A stretch of DNA of 64,000 nucleotides, taken from NCBI GenBank assembly GCA_951406725.2, contig OX597832.1, positions 51,770,001-51,834,000 on the forward strand. Reading direction: 5' to 3'. This document shows positions 24,185 through 37,733 of the stretch, piece by piece (position 1 is the first letter of the stretch; each line of letters opens with the position of its first letter). The notes beneath the pieces were generated by a model. The model worked only from the letters and a program-made list of their open reading frames with translations. It was not told where the DNA came from and made no database searches. This DNA comes from Octopus vulgaris. Its lineage: Eukaryota. The translations under genes and the position numbers were made by a program.

Positions 24185-24730
24185 GAGTGAGCGAGCAGAG
24201 CATGCCATCGAAGTGACACTGGGGTAAAATATACGAAGCCCAGTATACCCATCATGACTACCTGTCTGATAAGGGTACACTAGGCACATGCATCACAACC
24301 ATATGTGTGCGACATGGTGATCTCATATCAAGATAAACAGCGCATGACCTTGCAGGTGGAGCCCAGTTAGAATTTTCTTCAGGTCGAGTAACCCATCCTA
24401 CTCAAAAGGTCCCTGAATAAGGGTTGTTTAAGGATGTTGAACGAAACACCCATGTTTCCAGAGGTGAATTATTCAAACCCCAAAGAATCCTTCTCAACAC
24501 ATGGCTATGATGTTCCCCCACTACTTCTGCTCGTGATCAGAGATGCACATATCGACAGCCACTAAGGGACACGCTCAACTGGTTAAGGTCAAACAACTGA
24601 CAAGCAAATCTGTGGTATTGAGCAGAATATTTGCTGTAGCCCATCTTTTATACCAAGACAAAACAATGTACATGATAACACTTCCAATCAGTTAAGATCA
24701 GAAGCCATGAGAGCCACTGCCTGGTACTGC
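24185..24730 (-). mobile_element. Family E ~546-bp element embedded in (AAT)n
   Basis: Near-identical to 63135-63680 with the same termini; strand inferred from the tail. Confidence 0.8.
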
Positions 24731-24839
24731 TATTATTATTATTATTATTATTATTATGGCTGTTAGCTGAGGAAGCCATGCTTGACCTTGGCTCTGTATT
24801 TCGTTTTCGAAAATTTTACTTTTATTTTTATTTTTTTTT

Positions 24840-25212
24840 TTACTTTTATTTGTTTCAGTCAGTTGACTGCAGCCATGCTGGGGCACCGCCTTTAGTTGAA
24901 CAAATTTACCCCAGGACTTATTCTTTGTAAGCCTAGTACTTATTCTATCTGTCCCTTTTGCCAAACTGCTAAGTTACAGGGATGTAAACACACCAACATC
25001 AGTTGTCAAGTGATGGTGGGGGGACAAATACAGACACAAAGACATATACATATATATACAATAGGCTTCTTTCAGTTTCCATCAACCAAATCCACTCACA
25101 AGGTTTTAGTCGGCTGGGGCTATAGTAGATGACACTTGCCCAGGTGCCACGCAGTGGGACTGAACCCAGAACCATGTGGTTGGTAAGCAAGCTACTTACC
25201 ACACAGCCACTG
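24840..25212 (-). mobile_element. SINE family A
   Basis: Similarity to other copies. Confidence 0.85.
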
Positions 25213-25391
25213 TCAATTTTCTCTGGAAAATAGTGGTACTTTCCTGTCATTTTCAACCAAGGTGTAGAATAAAGGATCCTTCTTCTGCTGGTGAGCTCCT
25301 TTTTTGTTAAAAGTCCCCCTATATCTTGATCGGCATCAGCGTGATTTGAACTCAGAATGTAACAGACTGGAAGAAATACTGCAAAGCATTC

Positions 25392-25812
25392 TCTCTTATT
25401 TCTTTGTTGCCCACAAGGGGATAAACATAGAGGGGACAAACAAGGACAGACAAAGGGATTAAGTTGATTACATTGACCCCAGTGCATAACTGTTACTTAA
25501 TTTATCGACCCCGAAAGGATGAAAGGCAAAGTCGACCTTGGCAGAATTTGAACTCAGAACGTAGTGGCAGACAAAATACCTATTTCTTTACTACCCACAA
25601 GGGGCTAAACACAGAGAGGACAAACAAGGACAGACACACAGATTAAGTCAATTACATTGACCCCAGTGCATAACTGGTACTTATTTAATCGACCCCGAAA
25701 GGATGAAAGGCAAAGTCGACCTCGGCGGAACTTGAACTCAGAACGTAACAGCAGATGAAATACCGCTAAGCATTTCGCCCGGTGTGCTAACATTTCTGCC
25801 AGCTCGCCGCCT
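25392..25812 (-). mobile_element. SINE family B, head plus two body units
   Basis: Junction AAAGAAATA|GGTATTT. Confidence 0.85.
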
Positions 25813-26109
25813 TAAAGGTATTCTCTCTGATGCAGAATGTAATCTAGGAGGATATATAAAAAGATGAAAATTGTAATACTGAAAAAAGTATTTTTGGCAT
25901 ATGTATCTGACTGTCACATGAACCTAAACCCTTTAGCATTCAGATTATTCTGTCAAATCTAAAGCTTCTTATCTCATGGCTTCAAGATTTTGATGATGAG
26001 ATCATTTTTAGAAAGAAGTTGTAAGGGAGGTGTTGGATTTGGCCAGTTTGAACATAAAGAAGGCAGACTATTTTGACCGAATAAGGCCAGTTTAAATGTT
26101 AAAGAGTTA

Positions 26110-26544
26110 GGATCTTTTCGGTTTGAATGGCAGTTTTTTAAAATAATTTCCACGTAACTAAACACTTTTAAACTTCGTATACTGGTAGAATGTGTTTATA
26201 AAACATCTTTTTCTCTTGGCTTTCTTGAGAAAATTCTATGGTTTCTAAGATATATGTTGTTGTTTTTTCTTCAATTTCTGCAATTTCAACCAATCAATGA
26301 CGTCTATTGGGGTAAAAAAACATTCTGTGCCGTATGAATATGTCCCTCGTTTAAGAAACAGATTGGGTTTATTTACATTTGTGAAGAAAAAAAGATACCC
26401 GTCCCCCACCCCTAACCCTAACCCTAACTAACCCTAACCCTAAAACAGATTGAAATGCAATAGATTGATACTAGGTCCATAATTATGGGTGACAATTTCA
26501 TATGACACCACTAGAAAAAACTGCCATTCAAACCGAAAAGATCC
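26110..26544. mobile_element. Merlin-like MITE, complete
   Basis: TIR GGATCTTTTCGGTTTGAATGGCAG; perfect TSD AAGAGTTA; (CCCTAA)n at ~26409-26442. Confidence 0.88.
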
Positions 26545-27239
26545 AAGAGTTATGTTTTGTTACATTCTTGAGTCCTATCCTTGATGTTTTAAATATCTCA
26601 AACCTCTGTCCACCATTGTTTACCTCCACGCTTGACTGATTTCAACTACATTATGAGTTCAAATTACTTCAGGACTGATAGAATGTGTGCCAGTGGAGCA
26701 TAGTATAATCAACAAGCCCCGTTCCCCACAAATTTAAGGCTTTATGCCTATAGTAGAAAAAAAAAACACGCAAAAAAACTAAGTATTAAAAGCAAAAATA
26801 TATTTCCCAAAAAGAAATATTTACTCTGTTAAAACGAAAATAAGACAAAAAACATAACTCAGTGACCAGTGACATATAGGATGAAGGAAGTTAATTAAAA
26901 CATTTCTCATGCAATACTAATTTTTGATTTAATAAAATTGTCTGCAGTGTGGGAGAAGGTAAACAAACACCTAATAGCATATTCATGCAATAATAAATGT
27001 CGCTATTGACACTGTTGCAACCTTGATGTGCAGTGATGAGTCATTTTCTAAGAAATATCAATTTCATTTTTTGATATAAGGTTGTGACAACCAACAGTCT
27101 TTCTCACACCATGTGCAATCATCAGTAACCACCCACGCACTTTTTCATTCTTTCCTTTTTTTCTTCCTCTCCTTTAGCATATCTCTACACCTAAAAAATG
27201 CCTAAAAAAACAAAAAAAAACAAGAAAGAACAACACATC

Positions 27240-27548
27240 AGCCCCGGGCCGACCAATGCCTTGTGAGTGGATTTGGTAGACGGAAACTGAAAGAAGCCTG
27301 TCGGATATATGTATATATATATATGTATGTGTGTGTATGTTTGTGTTGTGTGTCTGTGTTTGTCCCCCTAGCATTGCTTGACAACCGATGCTGGTGTGTT
27401 TATGTCCCCATCACTTAGTGGTTCGGCAAAAAGAGACCGATAGAATAAGTACTAGGCTTACAAAGAATAAGTCCCGGGGTCGAGTTGCTCGACTAAAGGC
27501 GGTGCTCCAGCATGGCCACAGTCAAATGACTGAAACAAGTAAAAGAGT
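27240..27548 (+). mobile_element. SINE family A, 5'-truncated
   Basis: Similarity to other copies. Confidence 0.88.
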
Positions 27549-27917
27549 ATGGTTTAGGGTAAATTGTTTCTGAACATTAGAGTTTTCTTTTTCATTTTTT
27601 CATTTATTATCAGAGCACTAATGCATTGTAATATATCCTCAATTTACAGTGACACTAAATATGTGGGACTAAAGAAGGAATAAGAACTTCTGATATATGC
27701 ACATTCACCTATTATCTATTTTTCAATCTACGATGGCATTGTTTACCTCGTTTACAGGCTCTAGTTTCTAAAGCAAACTTGTAAGAGAAAACTTAAAAAA
27801 GTGATTCAATTACACAAAACACGTGTAAGACACAGTATTGACTGATAAAGTCTTAAATATACTTGTTAGTGTATAGTAGATGTGCAACAAAATACTCTAT
27901 CCTTGCCAGCAATTGTA

Positions 27918-28436
27918 TAGTGTGGGGCAGAGAGGACGGAAGTTTTTGAAAAATTCTCAAAATCATTAATTTTAGACGCGAACAGATTTTATTGACATCA
28001 ATGTATTCATATTGAATTAGCATCTGTCAGAATCAAATGTGGAAGATAACATGTCATGTGGTGTCTGTTCTTATTGATGCATTTCTGAAGACGTTCCGGG
28101 GTCGTACTGTTTGTGGCACCCCCACCGGTCTCTTATTCATTAGTGTACCATGTGTATGAAGTGCATTCACCCAGCATAAGATCATGTTATGGGTGGAAAC
28201 AGCCTGATTTCGGTGAATGTTGAAATGGCACCGAAACTCACACTGAACTGCTGTGACAGACTTGTTATTCTTCACGCAACTGTCATAGGTAAACACATGA
28301 TGCTCTATCATCTGCAGTGCCATGGCTTCAGCTGAAGGAAACAAAAAATGCTAAGACACCACAGACTGAATGTCCCTCCCACTGGAGCTGAGTAATAACC
28401 AGTTCAAAAACGTCCATCCTCCCTGCCCGACACCTG
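27918..28436 (-). mobile_element. Internally deleted Tc1/mariner element (N-terminal HTH only)
   Basis: Imperfect ~33-bp TIRs with TA flanks; SVTAVQCEFRCHFNIHRNQAVS..MILCWVNAL..GTL resembles a DUF4817-type HTH. Confidence 0.75.
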
Positions 28437-28793
28437 TACGTTCTAGTTGCCAAGAATGTTTTTAATATGTAAATTGATCCATCCAACTATGCTACACCAC
28501 TAAACTTAGTGACTATTTAAGCAATGTGTTAGTGGATAGTTAGTGTGTTGCATGTGGTACTGATGAAGGTGCAAGAACTCCTAAAATATGTATATACACT
28601 CATTACCTATTTTTCTATATCTGATCACATTGTTTACACAGATACATTTATATACAAAATATAACTTTCAGTGCTGGCTCTAAATTCTATAGAAAATCTA
28701 TTGAGGTAACTTAAAAGTTCTAATAACATAAGTTTTTCTATGAGAAAAGGTTGCTAACGGCTTTTTCAACTTTTCTCCATTATTAGATAGGGA

Positions 28794-29180
28794 AAGGCAG
28801 TGAGCTGGCAGAATCATCAGTGTGCTAGATGAAATGCTTAATGGTATTTTGCCCGTCACTGCGTTCTGAGTTCAAATTCTGCCGAGGTTGACTTTGCGTT
28901 TCATCCTTTCAGGGTCAATAAATTAAGTACCAGTGAAACACTGGGGTTAATATAATTGACTTGTTCCCTTCCCCAAAATTTCAGGCCTTGTGCCTGTGCC
29001 ACATAAAAAGCACTAAGTCCATTCTGCTGAGTGGTTGGTGTTAGGAGGAGCATGCAGCTATAAAAAATCCTGCCAAAGCAGTCACAGAAGTCTGGTGCAG
29101 GCTTTGGCCTGGCCGGTTCTTGTGGAACTGTCCCACCCATGCTAGCATTGAAGGTGGACATTAAACGATGATGATGATGA
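28794..29180 (+). mobile_element. Diverged family-B SINE followed by family-C RTE tail
   Basis: Family B to ~28990, family C to the (GAT)n tail. Confidence 0.7.
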
Positions 29181-29221
29181 AATGCCTATAGTAGAAAGGA
29201 TTATTAGATAGATAAATAGAC

Positions 29222-29475
29222 AGATCACCAAGCATAGATTGGCATATTTTGGTCATATTATACGGAGAAAATTCCTGGAGACGGACATCATGCTCGGAAT
29301 GGTCAGTGGCAAGAGAGGAAGAGGCCGACCAAGAACCTGCTGGCTTGACACCATCAAGAGTGATACCGGAATGGACATAGCCAATCTGAAAGAAGTGGCC
29401 CAGGATAGAACTGACTGGAGGACACTGATCCATCGAGTAACCGAGAGTCGACTTCGACTGAGCGGATAAAAGAAA

Positions 29476-29480
<5 letters not shown>
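29222..29480 (+). pseudogene. RTE (BovB-like) LINE ORF C-terminus
   Basis: LAYFGHIIRR...GKRGRGRPRTCWLDTI...DRTDWRTLIHRVTESR. Confidence 0.85.
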
Positions 29481-29515
<35 letters not shown>

Positions 29516-30175
29516 ATAAGTGGTCCACTGTGACCCTTCTTGTGATGAAATGCAACTGATTGAGAGAGGGAGAGAGAAAGCAGAAGAAAATATCAGCACC
29601 CCTACCTCAACTTAACTGGTACTTTATTTAGTAACTGTGGAAGGATGAAAAATGAAGCTGACCATGTTGGGATTCAAACTTGGAATACAGTGAGCCAGAA
29701 CAAATACCACCAGGTATTTCCATTTGATGCTCAAATCTAAATATCTCTCACTGTTAATTCACCACCTAAAATCACACCCTACCATCTTTTAAAAAAGGAC
29801 ATGTTCCATTATCTGATCTTAGCTTCCTCTACACACAGGATAAAAACAGGATGACCACAGCTAGAATGTTTTTGATCATGGGGTTGCTCAAACTGATCTG
29901 TCTTAGGCAGCAACGGTGGTCCTTCGCATATGGTATATCAAAACCGAAACTGTTTGTTCGGCAACTTCTGCAAAAATTTTTATTTCTTTAATTTTTTTTC
30001 AGTTGAATTGCTTATATTTCTGTACTTTTTGTGTATGTATGTATGTGTTTATGTGTATATATATTTGTTAATGTAAATATATATATATGTATGTGCATAT
30101 TTGTCTATGTATATTTATGTAAGTATATGTATGTGTGTGTTTATGTGCACACACACATATATATATATATATATA

Positions 30176-30684
30176 TCTATATATATATAACTCTAGTTGT
30201 GTGAGTGTCTGTCCCCTTAGATTTAGATTCCTAACTCCTCCCACATTTTGCGGTGCAGTTTAACCAAATTCGGGTATCTTATAGTTGTGATTCATATCGA
30301 GCCCGTCTGGCTATTAGCGCGCGTCAACGATGAGTCTACGATTTTAAAAATAATTTAACATCATTTTTTATTCCATTTTAATGCATAATTTTTCGTGTGT
30401 CGATGACGGCGGAGTTGGCGTCCATGGTCACACCTGCACCTGTTTGCTTCTCCCCCTTCCCTCCCTCATGAAGCTGTGGGGAAGGGAGTGTAAAGAAATC
30501 AACATCATAATGCGTTGTCAAGGAGACCAGCGTTCTTTTAGAACAACGACTTCATGGCTTGAAGACACCAAAACAGAAATGGCTAAGAAAGCCCGAATTG
30601 GCATCTATAAGGGAAGTAACTCTCTAAAAATGCTTATATAGTTATTTCCCTTACAAACCCGAGCAACGCCGGGCGATACTGCTA

Positions 30685-30685
<1 letters not shown>
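30176..30685 (+). mobile_element. Non-autonomous Helitron, family 2
   Basis: A|TC start; hairpin + CTAG|T end. Confidence 0.82.
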
Positions 30686-30722
<37 letters not shown>

Positions 30723-30726
<4 letters not shown>

Positions 30727-31103
30727 TCGTCATCATCGTTAAACGTCCGTTTTCCATGCTAGCATGGGTTGGATGGTTCGACCGGGGTCTGGGAAGTCAG
30801 GAGGCTGCACCAGGCTCCAGTCTGATCAGGCAGTGTTTCTACAGCTGGATGCCCTTCCTAACGCCAGCCACTCTGTGAGTGTAGTGGGTGCTTTTACATG
30901 CTACCAGCACAGGTGCCAAGGGAGGCTGGCAGCAACCACAATTGGTTGGTGCTTTTAATGTGCCACCGGCACGGAAGCCAGTCAAGGCAGCGCTGGCATT
31001 GGCCACGTTCAGATGGCGCTTTTTATGTGCCACCAGCACAGGTATGACAACTACAATTTCCATTTGAATTTTATTTTGATGTTGATGTACTTGACTCAAT
31101 AGG

Positions 31104-31108
<5 letters not shown>
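30723..31108 (-). mobile_element. RTE 3' UTR (family C)
   Basis: Similarity to other copies. Confidence 0.82.
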
Positions 31109-31152
<44 letters not shown>

Positions 31153-32786
31153 TTAAAAACAGGATAAAATCTTTATAAGAAATTATCAAGTAGTTAGTGT
31201 GAAAAACCTCATAAGGGAAAAATTTATTAATTATTCCCTTTAAATATATTTATTTATATTAAGGGGGCGGCGAGCTGGCAGAAACATTAGCACGCTTCTG
31301 AAAAGACCCTATGAATAGTGGGTAACAGAATGGATGGATGGGTGGAATCATAGCTCAGACATTCTCATTGCAACTCCTGCAGTAACAATGAACTCTTACG
31401 AAAGACAGATGAATTTAAATATTCATATTGAAAAAATTACAGACACATAATGAAAATATTCTGAGATTGAATGAAAAATATTAAACAGTAAAAAAAAGAA
31501 TTAGTAAAATGTAAAGGAAGGGTGACACTGATCGTGGTATAAAAAAAAAGAACTAATTGAAATATATCGTATCCTGATGACAACCCCCCCCCCACCCCAC
31601 CCCACCCCACCGAAGGCAGAATATGTCTTAATTGTGATAAACTGCTGAAATGTGTCCAAATAGTACACCGCAAACATTCCTTAGCTACATCACGGTTTTA
31701 GTCCAACAACTAGGTCAGTAATTTCCTTAGCATTTTAGCTCATTTCTGCCCAAAATTACAGTCATATGGTATTGTTTTTGTCAATAATTAGCGTGATATT
31801 GCCATGGAAAATGTTGTCAAACAAATGATAGTAGCTAACAATTGTGCATCTAAAGAGGTAGATTTATTGGTAGTCAAGTTTTTGTGTAGTACATAGCATT
31901 TATTTATTTCTTAGTGAATTTCTTGTATTAAGGTCAATGGAATCTTAATCGGTTACATTCCAGGCTCTTTCTGTTGTAGGAACAAGACATAAAATTTGTG
32001 GGGAGCAGGCTACTCAGTTTCACTGACTCCAGTGCATATTTATTTCTTTATTGCTCACAAGGGGCTAAACATAGACGGGACAAACAAGGCACTCCAGTGC
32101 GTAACTGGTACTTATTTAATCGACCATGAAAGGATGAAAGGCAAAGTTGACCTCTTGACACTTCTTAGTGATCCTGACAGTTGATCTTCTAGGATTTCTC
32201 AGCTGAGCATTAATGTAAGAAACATCATTGGCTCAGTTGAGCTCTTCCACTACCTCTTTACAATCCAGCATGCTGCAGTCCCTGTACAATTATGGGTTGC
32301 CCTTTGGCAAGGCATAGCCCCCCCCCCCTTTAACCACTCTGCCAGGGATGTAGAGAAGTCAATGTAATAATAAAGAAATTTAATGCACTTATTCATCGTC
32401 CACTACCACCGAAAGTTAAAATTTAATAACTTTCTCATTGGAAAGTTTAAAAAGTGACGTTTTGTTTTGCAAAACAGGAAATTCTTAGAAAACTGAGTTT
32501 TGCTTTTTGTGTATTTTTATTTATATTTTATTCCCCCCCACATTTTTTTGGTGTGTGGGTGGAATGTAATATACATATGCAACAGGATACATATTTAACA
32601 CAACTAAACACCCACCAATTAAAATAAATGAAAACAGTGTATTTAAAAATGAAATATTTATATTAAAAGCAATAATGCACTTATGTACTTCACCCTGCAT
32701 TTCAAAAATAATGGAAACTGTAACTATTAAAAATGATGGAACAATAAGTTAAAACCATATAGTTTTAATATATCCTAACCCCTCCT

Positions 32787-33010
32787 CATCATCATCATCG
32801 ACATCATCATCATTATCATCATCATTTAGTGTCTGTTTTCCATACTGATATGGGTTGGACAGCTTGACAGGATCCAGTAAGCCCCAGGGTTGCATTGAAC
32901 TCCAGGGTCAGCTTTGCCATGGTTTCTATGGCTGGATGCCCTTCCTAACACCAATCACTCTACAGTAAGTACTAATTGCCCCCATTTTTTTTCATTCCAC
33001 TGGCACCAGT
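32787..33010 (-). mobile_element. Diverged family C
   Basis: GGCTGGATGCCCTTCCTAAC motif and (CAT)n. Confidence 0.7.
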
Positions 33011-33169
33011 GAGGTGGCCAGCTAACTTGCAAGAAGAGAAAGGACATGAAAAAGGAAAATGTAAAAAGACCCTTCAACCAAGTGGGGTGGAGAGTATTTG
33101 AGAGGGGGTGGAGTTTTATGCCAGATGTCAAGGGGCTGGTTTATATATACATGTGGCCGATGATAGTAC

Positions 33170-33630
33170 CACCTGTTTGGCACTTGTGCCAGTGGAACGC
33201 TAAAAGCACATCCGAGCGTGATCGTTGCCAGGGCCATGGATTGGGTCCTGTGCTGCTGGCACATAAAAGCACCATTCGAGCGTGATTGTTGCCAGCGTTG
33301 CCTTACTGGCACATGGAAAACAACATTTGAGTGTGGTCCTTGCCAGTGCCGCCAGACTGGCTCCCGTGCAGGTGGCACATAAAAAATACCTTTTGAGTGT
33401 GGTCGTTGCCAGAACCACCTGAGTGGCCCTCGTGCCGGTGGCACGTAAAAGCACTCACTACACTCTCAAAGTGGTTGGCGTTAGGAAGGGCATCCAGCTG
33501 TAGGAACTTTGCCAGATCAGATTGAGCCTGGTGCAGCCTTCTGGCTCACCAGTCCTTAGTCAAACCGTCCAACCCATGCCAGCATGGAAAGCAGATGTTA
33601 AACAACAACAATGATGATGATGATGATGAT
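33170..33630 (+). mobile_element. RTE 3' UTR (family C) with five modules
   Basis: GTGC.GGTGGCAC..AAAAGCAC repeats and tail. Confidence 0.8.
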
Positions 33631-33840
33631 TAAGGTGGAGAGAAGTTGTAGAAGAGGAAGACTCATGAAGACATGGGATGAAATATTGAAGGCCGATCTC
33701 AAAACACTGAGCTTTATGAAGAAGATAACAAAAGACAAAGATATGTGGCACATTGCTGGTATGGTCCCTGGCCATGCCTGTCCAACATATTCCAGCATGG
33801 AAAACAAACATTTAATGTTGATTTTGATGATGATGATGAT
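33631..33840 (+). pseudogene. RTE ORF C-terminus with short family-C-like tail
   Basis: RRGRLMKTWDEILKADLKTL...DKDMW, then GTCCAAC...CAGCATGGAAAAC...(GAT)n. Confidence 0.7.
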
Positions 33841-33847
33841 TATTATG

Positions 33848-34470
33848 GGATCTTTTCCTTTTGAACGGCAGATGTCAACACAATTTCTTGTTAACTAAAC
33901 ACTTTTAAACTTCGTATACTGGTAGAATGTGTTTATAAAACATCTTTTTCTCTTGGTTTTATTGAGAAAATTCTATAGTTTGTAAGATATTTCGTCTGAA
34001 AATCTGAGCATTTCGGCAATTTTAACCAATCGATTACCTCCATTCAACTAAAATCATTTGCTGCGTCTAAAACTGAGACATCCTGTAACCTCCCCCCTAA
34101 CCCTAAATTTTTTTTCTTAATTGTTAAATTAATTTAATTCCATTGCTTTAGTTTTTTTTACACGCGTAACAATTAAATTAATTTAACAATTAAGAAAAAA
34201 AAATTTGGGGTTAGGGTTAGGGTTAGGGAGGAGGTTTAGGGTTAGTTACAGGATGTCTCAGTTTTAGATGCAGCAAATGATTTTAGCTCAAAAGAGAGCA
34301 TAGGATTTGTTAAAATTCGAAAAATTAAACTACGTCAAACAAACAAATTACAATTTTCTCAAGAAAGCCAAGAGAAAAAAATGTTTTATTTTGACACATT
34401 CTACCAGTATACGAAGTTTTAAAGTGTTTAGTTAACTAGAAATTGTCTGCCGTTCAAAAGGAAAAGATCC
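33848..34470. mobile_element. Merlin-like foldback MITE
   Basis: TIR GGATCTTTTCCTTTTGAACGGCAGA; TSD TTATTATG/TAATTATG; arms inverted almost to the centre. Confidence 0.85.
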
Positions 34471-34752
34471 TAATTATGTGTTAAAAGCTGCAGAATAGTT
34501 ATTCATTAAATGACATAAATTAGAAATCATATAACACTCGTTCACCTTTTTTCTCTTTTTTCCCATCAAAATATATAAAAATGGTGTAATTTAAAAAATG
34601 ATGAAATAAAACATTTAAAACTAGATAATAGGAAGAAAAAGGATACATACCTCCTTAATTATTGAAACTAGGACATTTCTGACATGTCTTTGAGCCTTCT
34701 TATGTCACATGAAACCAACTAAACACTGTTATCATGTTAATATACAAGCATT

Positions 34753-34965
34753 CAGAATGTGACCGTGTGTGTACCGTTGGCGATTTTTTTTTTTCCTCTG
34801 TCTTCCCTTCTCTTGATCTTTCCTTCTCCTATGTTTCCTACGAAGAGCTCCGCTCGAAACGTTAAACCCTCCTTCTTTCCTTCCTTGCTGAGCATCCAAT
34901 AATACTATATTTGTTCCACGTCCTCGCGTTGTTGTGTTTTTTTGTGCTTTCTTGTTTGGATTAAC
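34753..34965 (+). mobile_element. Family H element with 16-bp TSD
   Basis: TTAATATACAAGCATT at 34737-34752 and 34966-34981; hammerhead at 34833-34867 with core mutated to CCTACGA. Confidence 0.82.
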
Positions 34966-35176
34966 TTAATATACAAGCATTTGTATAGTTGTCTATACTT
35001 ACCTTCCCTTTTTGTCAGTATTTTGTAGTGACTCAATTTACTAGGTCAACAAAGCTGACTTGGTACTTAACTGTACAATAGTTTTACTATAGTGATAATA
35101 GTTTGCTACTCTGGGATGCAGACACCTAAAATTGCTCTAGTGTTTTTTTTTTTTTTTTTGTGACTACCACGTGGCA

Positions 35177-35397
35177 ACTCTTTACTCTTTTACTCTTTTA
35201 TTTGTTTGTCATTTGACGGTGGCCATGCTGGAGCACCGCCTTTAGTCGAGCAAGTCGACCCCAGGACTTATTCTTTGTAAGCCTAGTACTTATTCTATTG
35301 GTCTCTTTTGCCGAACCACTAAGTTACGGGGACGTAAACACACTAGCATCGGTTGTCAAGTGATGTTGGGGGGACAAACACAGACACACAAACATAT

Positions 35398-35452
<55 letters not shown>

Positions 35453-35620
35453 TATGATGGGCTTCTTTCAGTTTCCATCTACCAAATCCACTCACAAGGC
35501 TTTGGTTGGCCCGAGGCTATAGTAGAAGACACTTGCCCAAGGTGCCACGCAGTAGAACTGAACCCGGAACCATGTGGGTCGTAAGCAAACTACTTACCAC
35601 ACAGCCACTCCTGCACCTAC
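35177..35620 (-). mobile_element. SINE family A, full length
   Basis: Similarity to other copies. Confidence 0.9.
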
Positions 35621-36696
35621 ATGAAATTTTGCACAAAGTTAGAGTAAAATATGAATAACAACCAAACAAACTAGTCACGCATAAAAGTACACATTAATGA
35701 GTTATCATACTTTTAATATTTCATAATTATATCTGTCGCCGTCTTGGATCCGAAATTGGAAACTAGGCCAATGGCGGCGTGTGTATTAGACTGCTTTTTT
35801 TGTTGTGAAGGAAAGATTGTGATGTACAGAATGTTGAAACAAATCTGATTTCAGAATAAATAAGATTGTGAACTTGAATTTACATACAATTAGAGGGTCT
35901 TTTTCTTGGTTTTTACTTGAAATATTTTCACTTACTGAGACTCGTTTGCAAATCCTTTGAATTAAATGGGAATGGGGAAGGGGGTGTTATGAAGGGTAAA
36001 TTTTGTCTAACTCCCGAAGCATGTCAAATGTTAAGAAATACATGTAGTAATCTTTAAAAATAATAATGATAATGATGATGATGATGATAATAACAATAAT
36101 ACTTGTAATATTAACAAGACCAAAGAAACTCATCAATTTTCTCTCATCTCTCTCATCCCTGTCTTACACTTTATTCTTCTGCTCTCAGCCTCTTCTCTCA
36201 TGCCTGTATCTCTATCTCTCGATTTCTTGCATGCATGCATACACACATATGTGTACATGCACACACAGGCACTCCTCTCTCTCCCTCTCTCTCTCTCACT
36301 CCACATCTCTTCATTCCAACCCAGAAAATTTTGAGAAATGATAAAAGTATCCACACATGCAATCAATATTGATTCCAATCTGCTTTACTATAAGTAACTT
36401 GGACATTTGACATATGTGACATAAAACAGTTATTGATATCCTTTTTAAGCTTGTCTTCATTAACAACACTTTATGTTGGTAGCTTATTAATGATTGCATA
36501 AATTGAGTCAAATAAATACAAAGGTCCCAAAGCAGTTTGTTATATGACCAGGTTTCATTGTCCATTTGTGGCATGATAAATGCACTCAAACAATCTTGAG
36601 CATACAGTCTACAAACAAATTTCTCCACTGTGTGTACCAGACCACCTTCTACTGAGAACGTTGCACCAAATTGTTGAAAGGCTGCTTGAAAATGAA

Positions 36697-36739
36697 TTAT
36701 TTTACAGTAACTGTGCTACTACCTCCATCAGCTGGAAAC
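36697..36739 (-). CDS. Possible terminal coding exon (RFPADGGSSTVTVK*) following 38170-38416
   Basis: T-rich tract + AAG acceptor; phase-compatible with the upstream exon; speculative. Confidence 0.2.
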
Positions 36740-37162
36740 CTTTACGCATGAAAAATTGAAAATTTTATTACATAAATACACTAATAAAATGCAAAAAGAT
36801 CATTTAAACTTTGAAATAACATGTACATTCAAGATATATCACATATGTACAAGACTATAACAAGTACATAACCACAAGGCCAGGCCTATGTGGCCTTTCA
36901 CTATTTAAGATTTTGCCCACATGCCTCCCTGCCCCTCATTATGACATGAAGGAAACTCGATAGGTAAACAGTCAAGAATGACGTTAGTGTTTCGTTTTGA
37001 CTCTGTTCAACTTGAAGCCACCTCAACCATGCCATGACACGTCAACATTCAATAAGCTCATGACTAATTAGTCATCTTAGTAGATCTTGAAACCTAGCTA
37101 CTGTAGATTGCAAATTCATTTCAAATTCCATCATCTTGATGGCACACTCATTTTGGTGACCG

Positions 37163-37425
37163 TCAACTAACACTATCTCCTCCGAGAACCTGCGGCGCAC
37201 GTTGACCAAAATTAACAGTATGATAGAAGAAGGCTTGCTCTTCCTTCAGTAGTAGAAAAAATTCAAATCGGACCATGTTAACACCAAAATTTATTTACAT
37301 CAAAAAGGTGCATTTTTTCTATGAAAATCCCTATTTTTTACAATTTTTTGACTGCTGTGTCACTATTTTTCAGTGTATTTCAATCAGAAAAATGTTCACT
37401 TAAAGAGAATAACAAGATACATAAT
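37163..37425 (+). mobile_element. Helitron family 1 internal fragment
   Basis: Matches 148-352. Confidence 0.78.
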
Positions 37426-37733
37426 TTGCTAAAGCAGGTCTAACATTCCACTTACAGTGAGCAACTTATATGTAACTTAGAACTTGTAGAATAATGTAGA
37501 TGCATCTAGAGGTCAAGACGATTGTGAGAAATCAAGAAAAAAAAACAATTCAGCCATGTCGTGTCAGCCAAGCCCTTAGCCTGTCTTGACTCTACATAGA
37601 CCAACTGACAGTGTAGTATTATTATTATTTCCCCCTCCATTTTCATCTTTAGCTAAATAGCTAGAGATCTAGGTGAATATTTTTAAAAGAAATCTTGGAA
37701 TAAATAAAACGTTACCAAACATTATATCAAGGA

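Noticed and set aside
36560-36690. FQQFG...VEKFVCRLY resembling an Academ/XPG-type transposon motif
   Set aside because: Single short motif; flanking motifs absent
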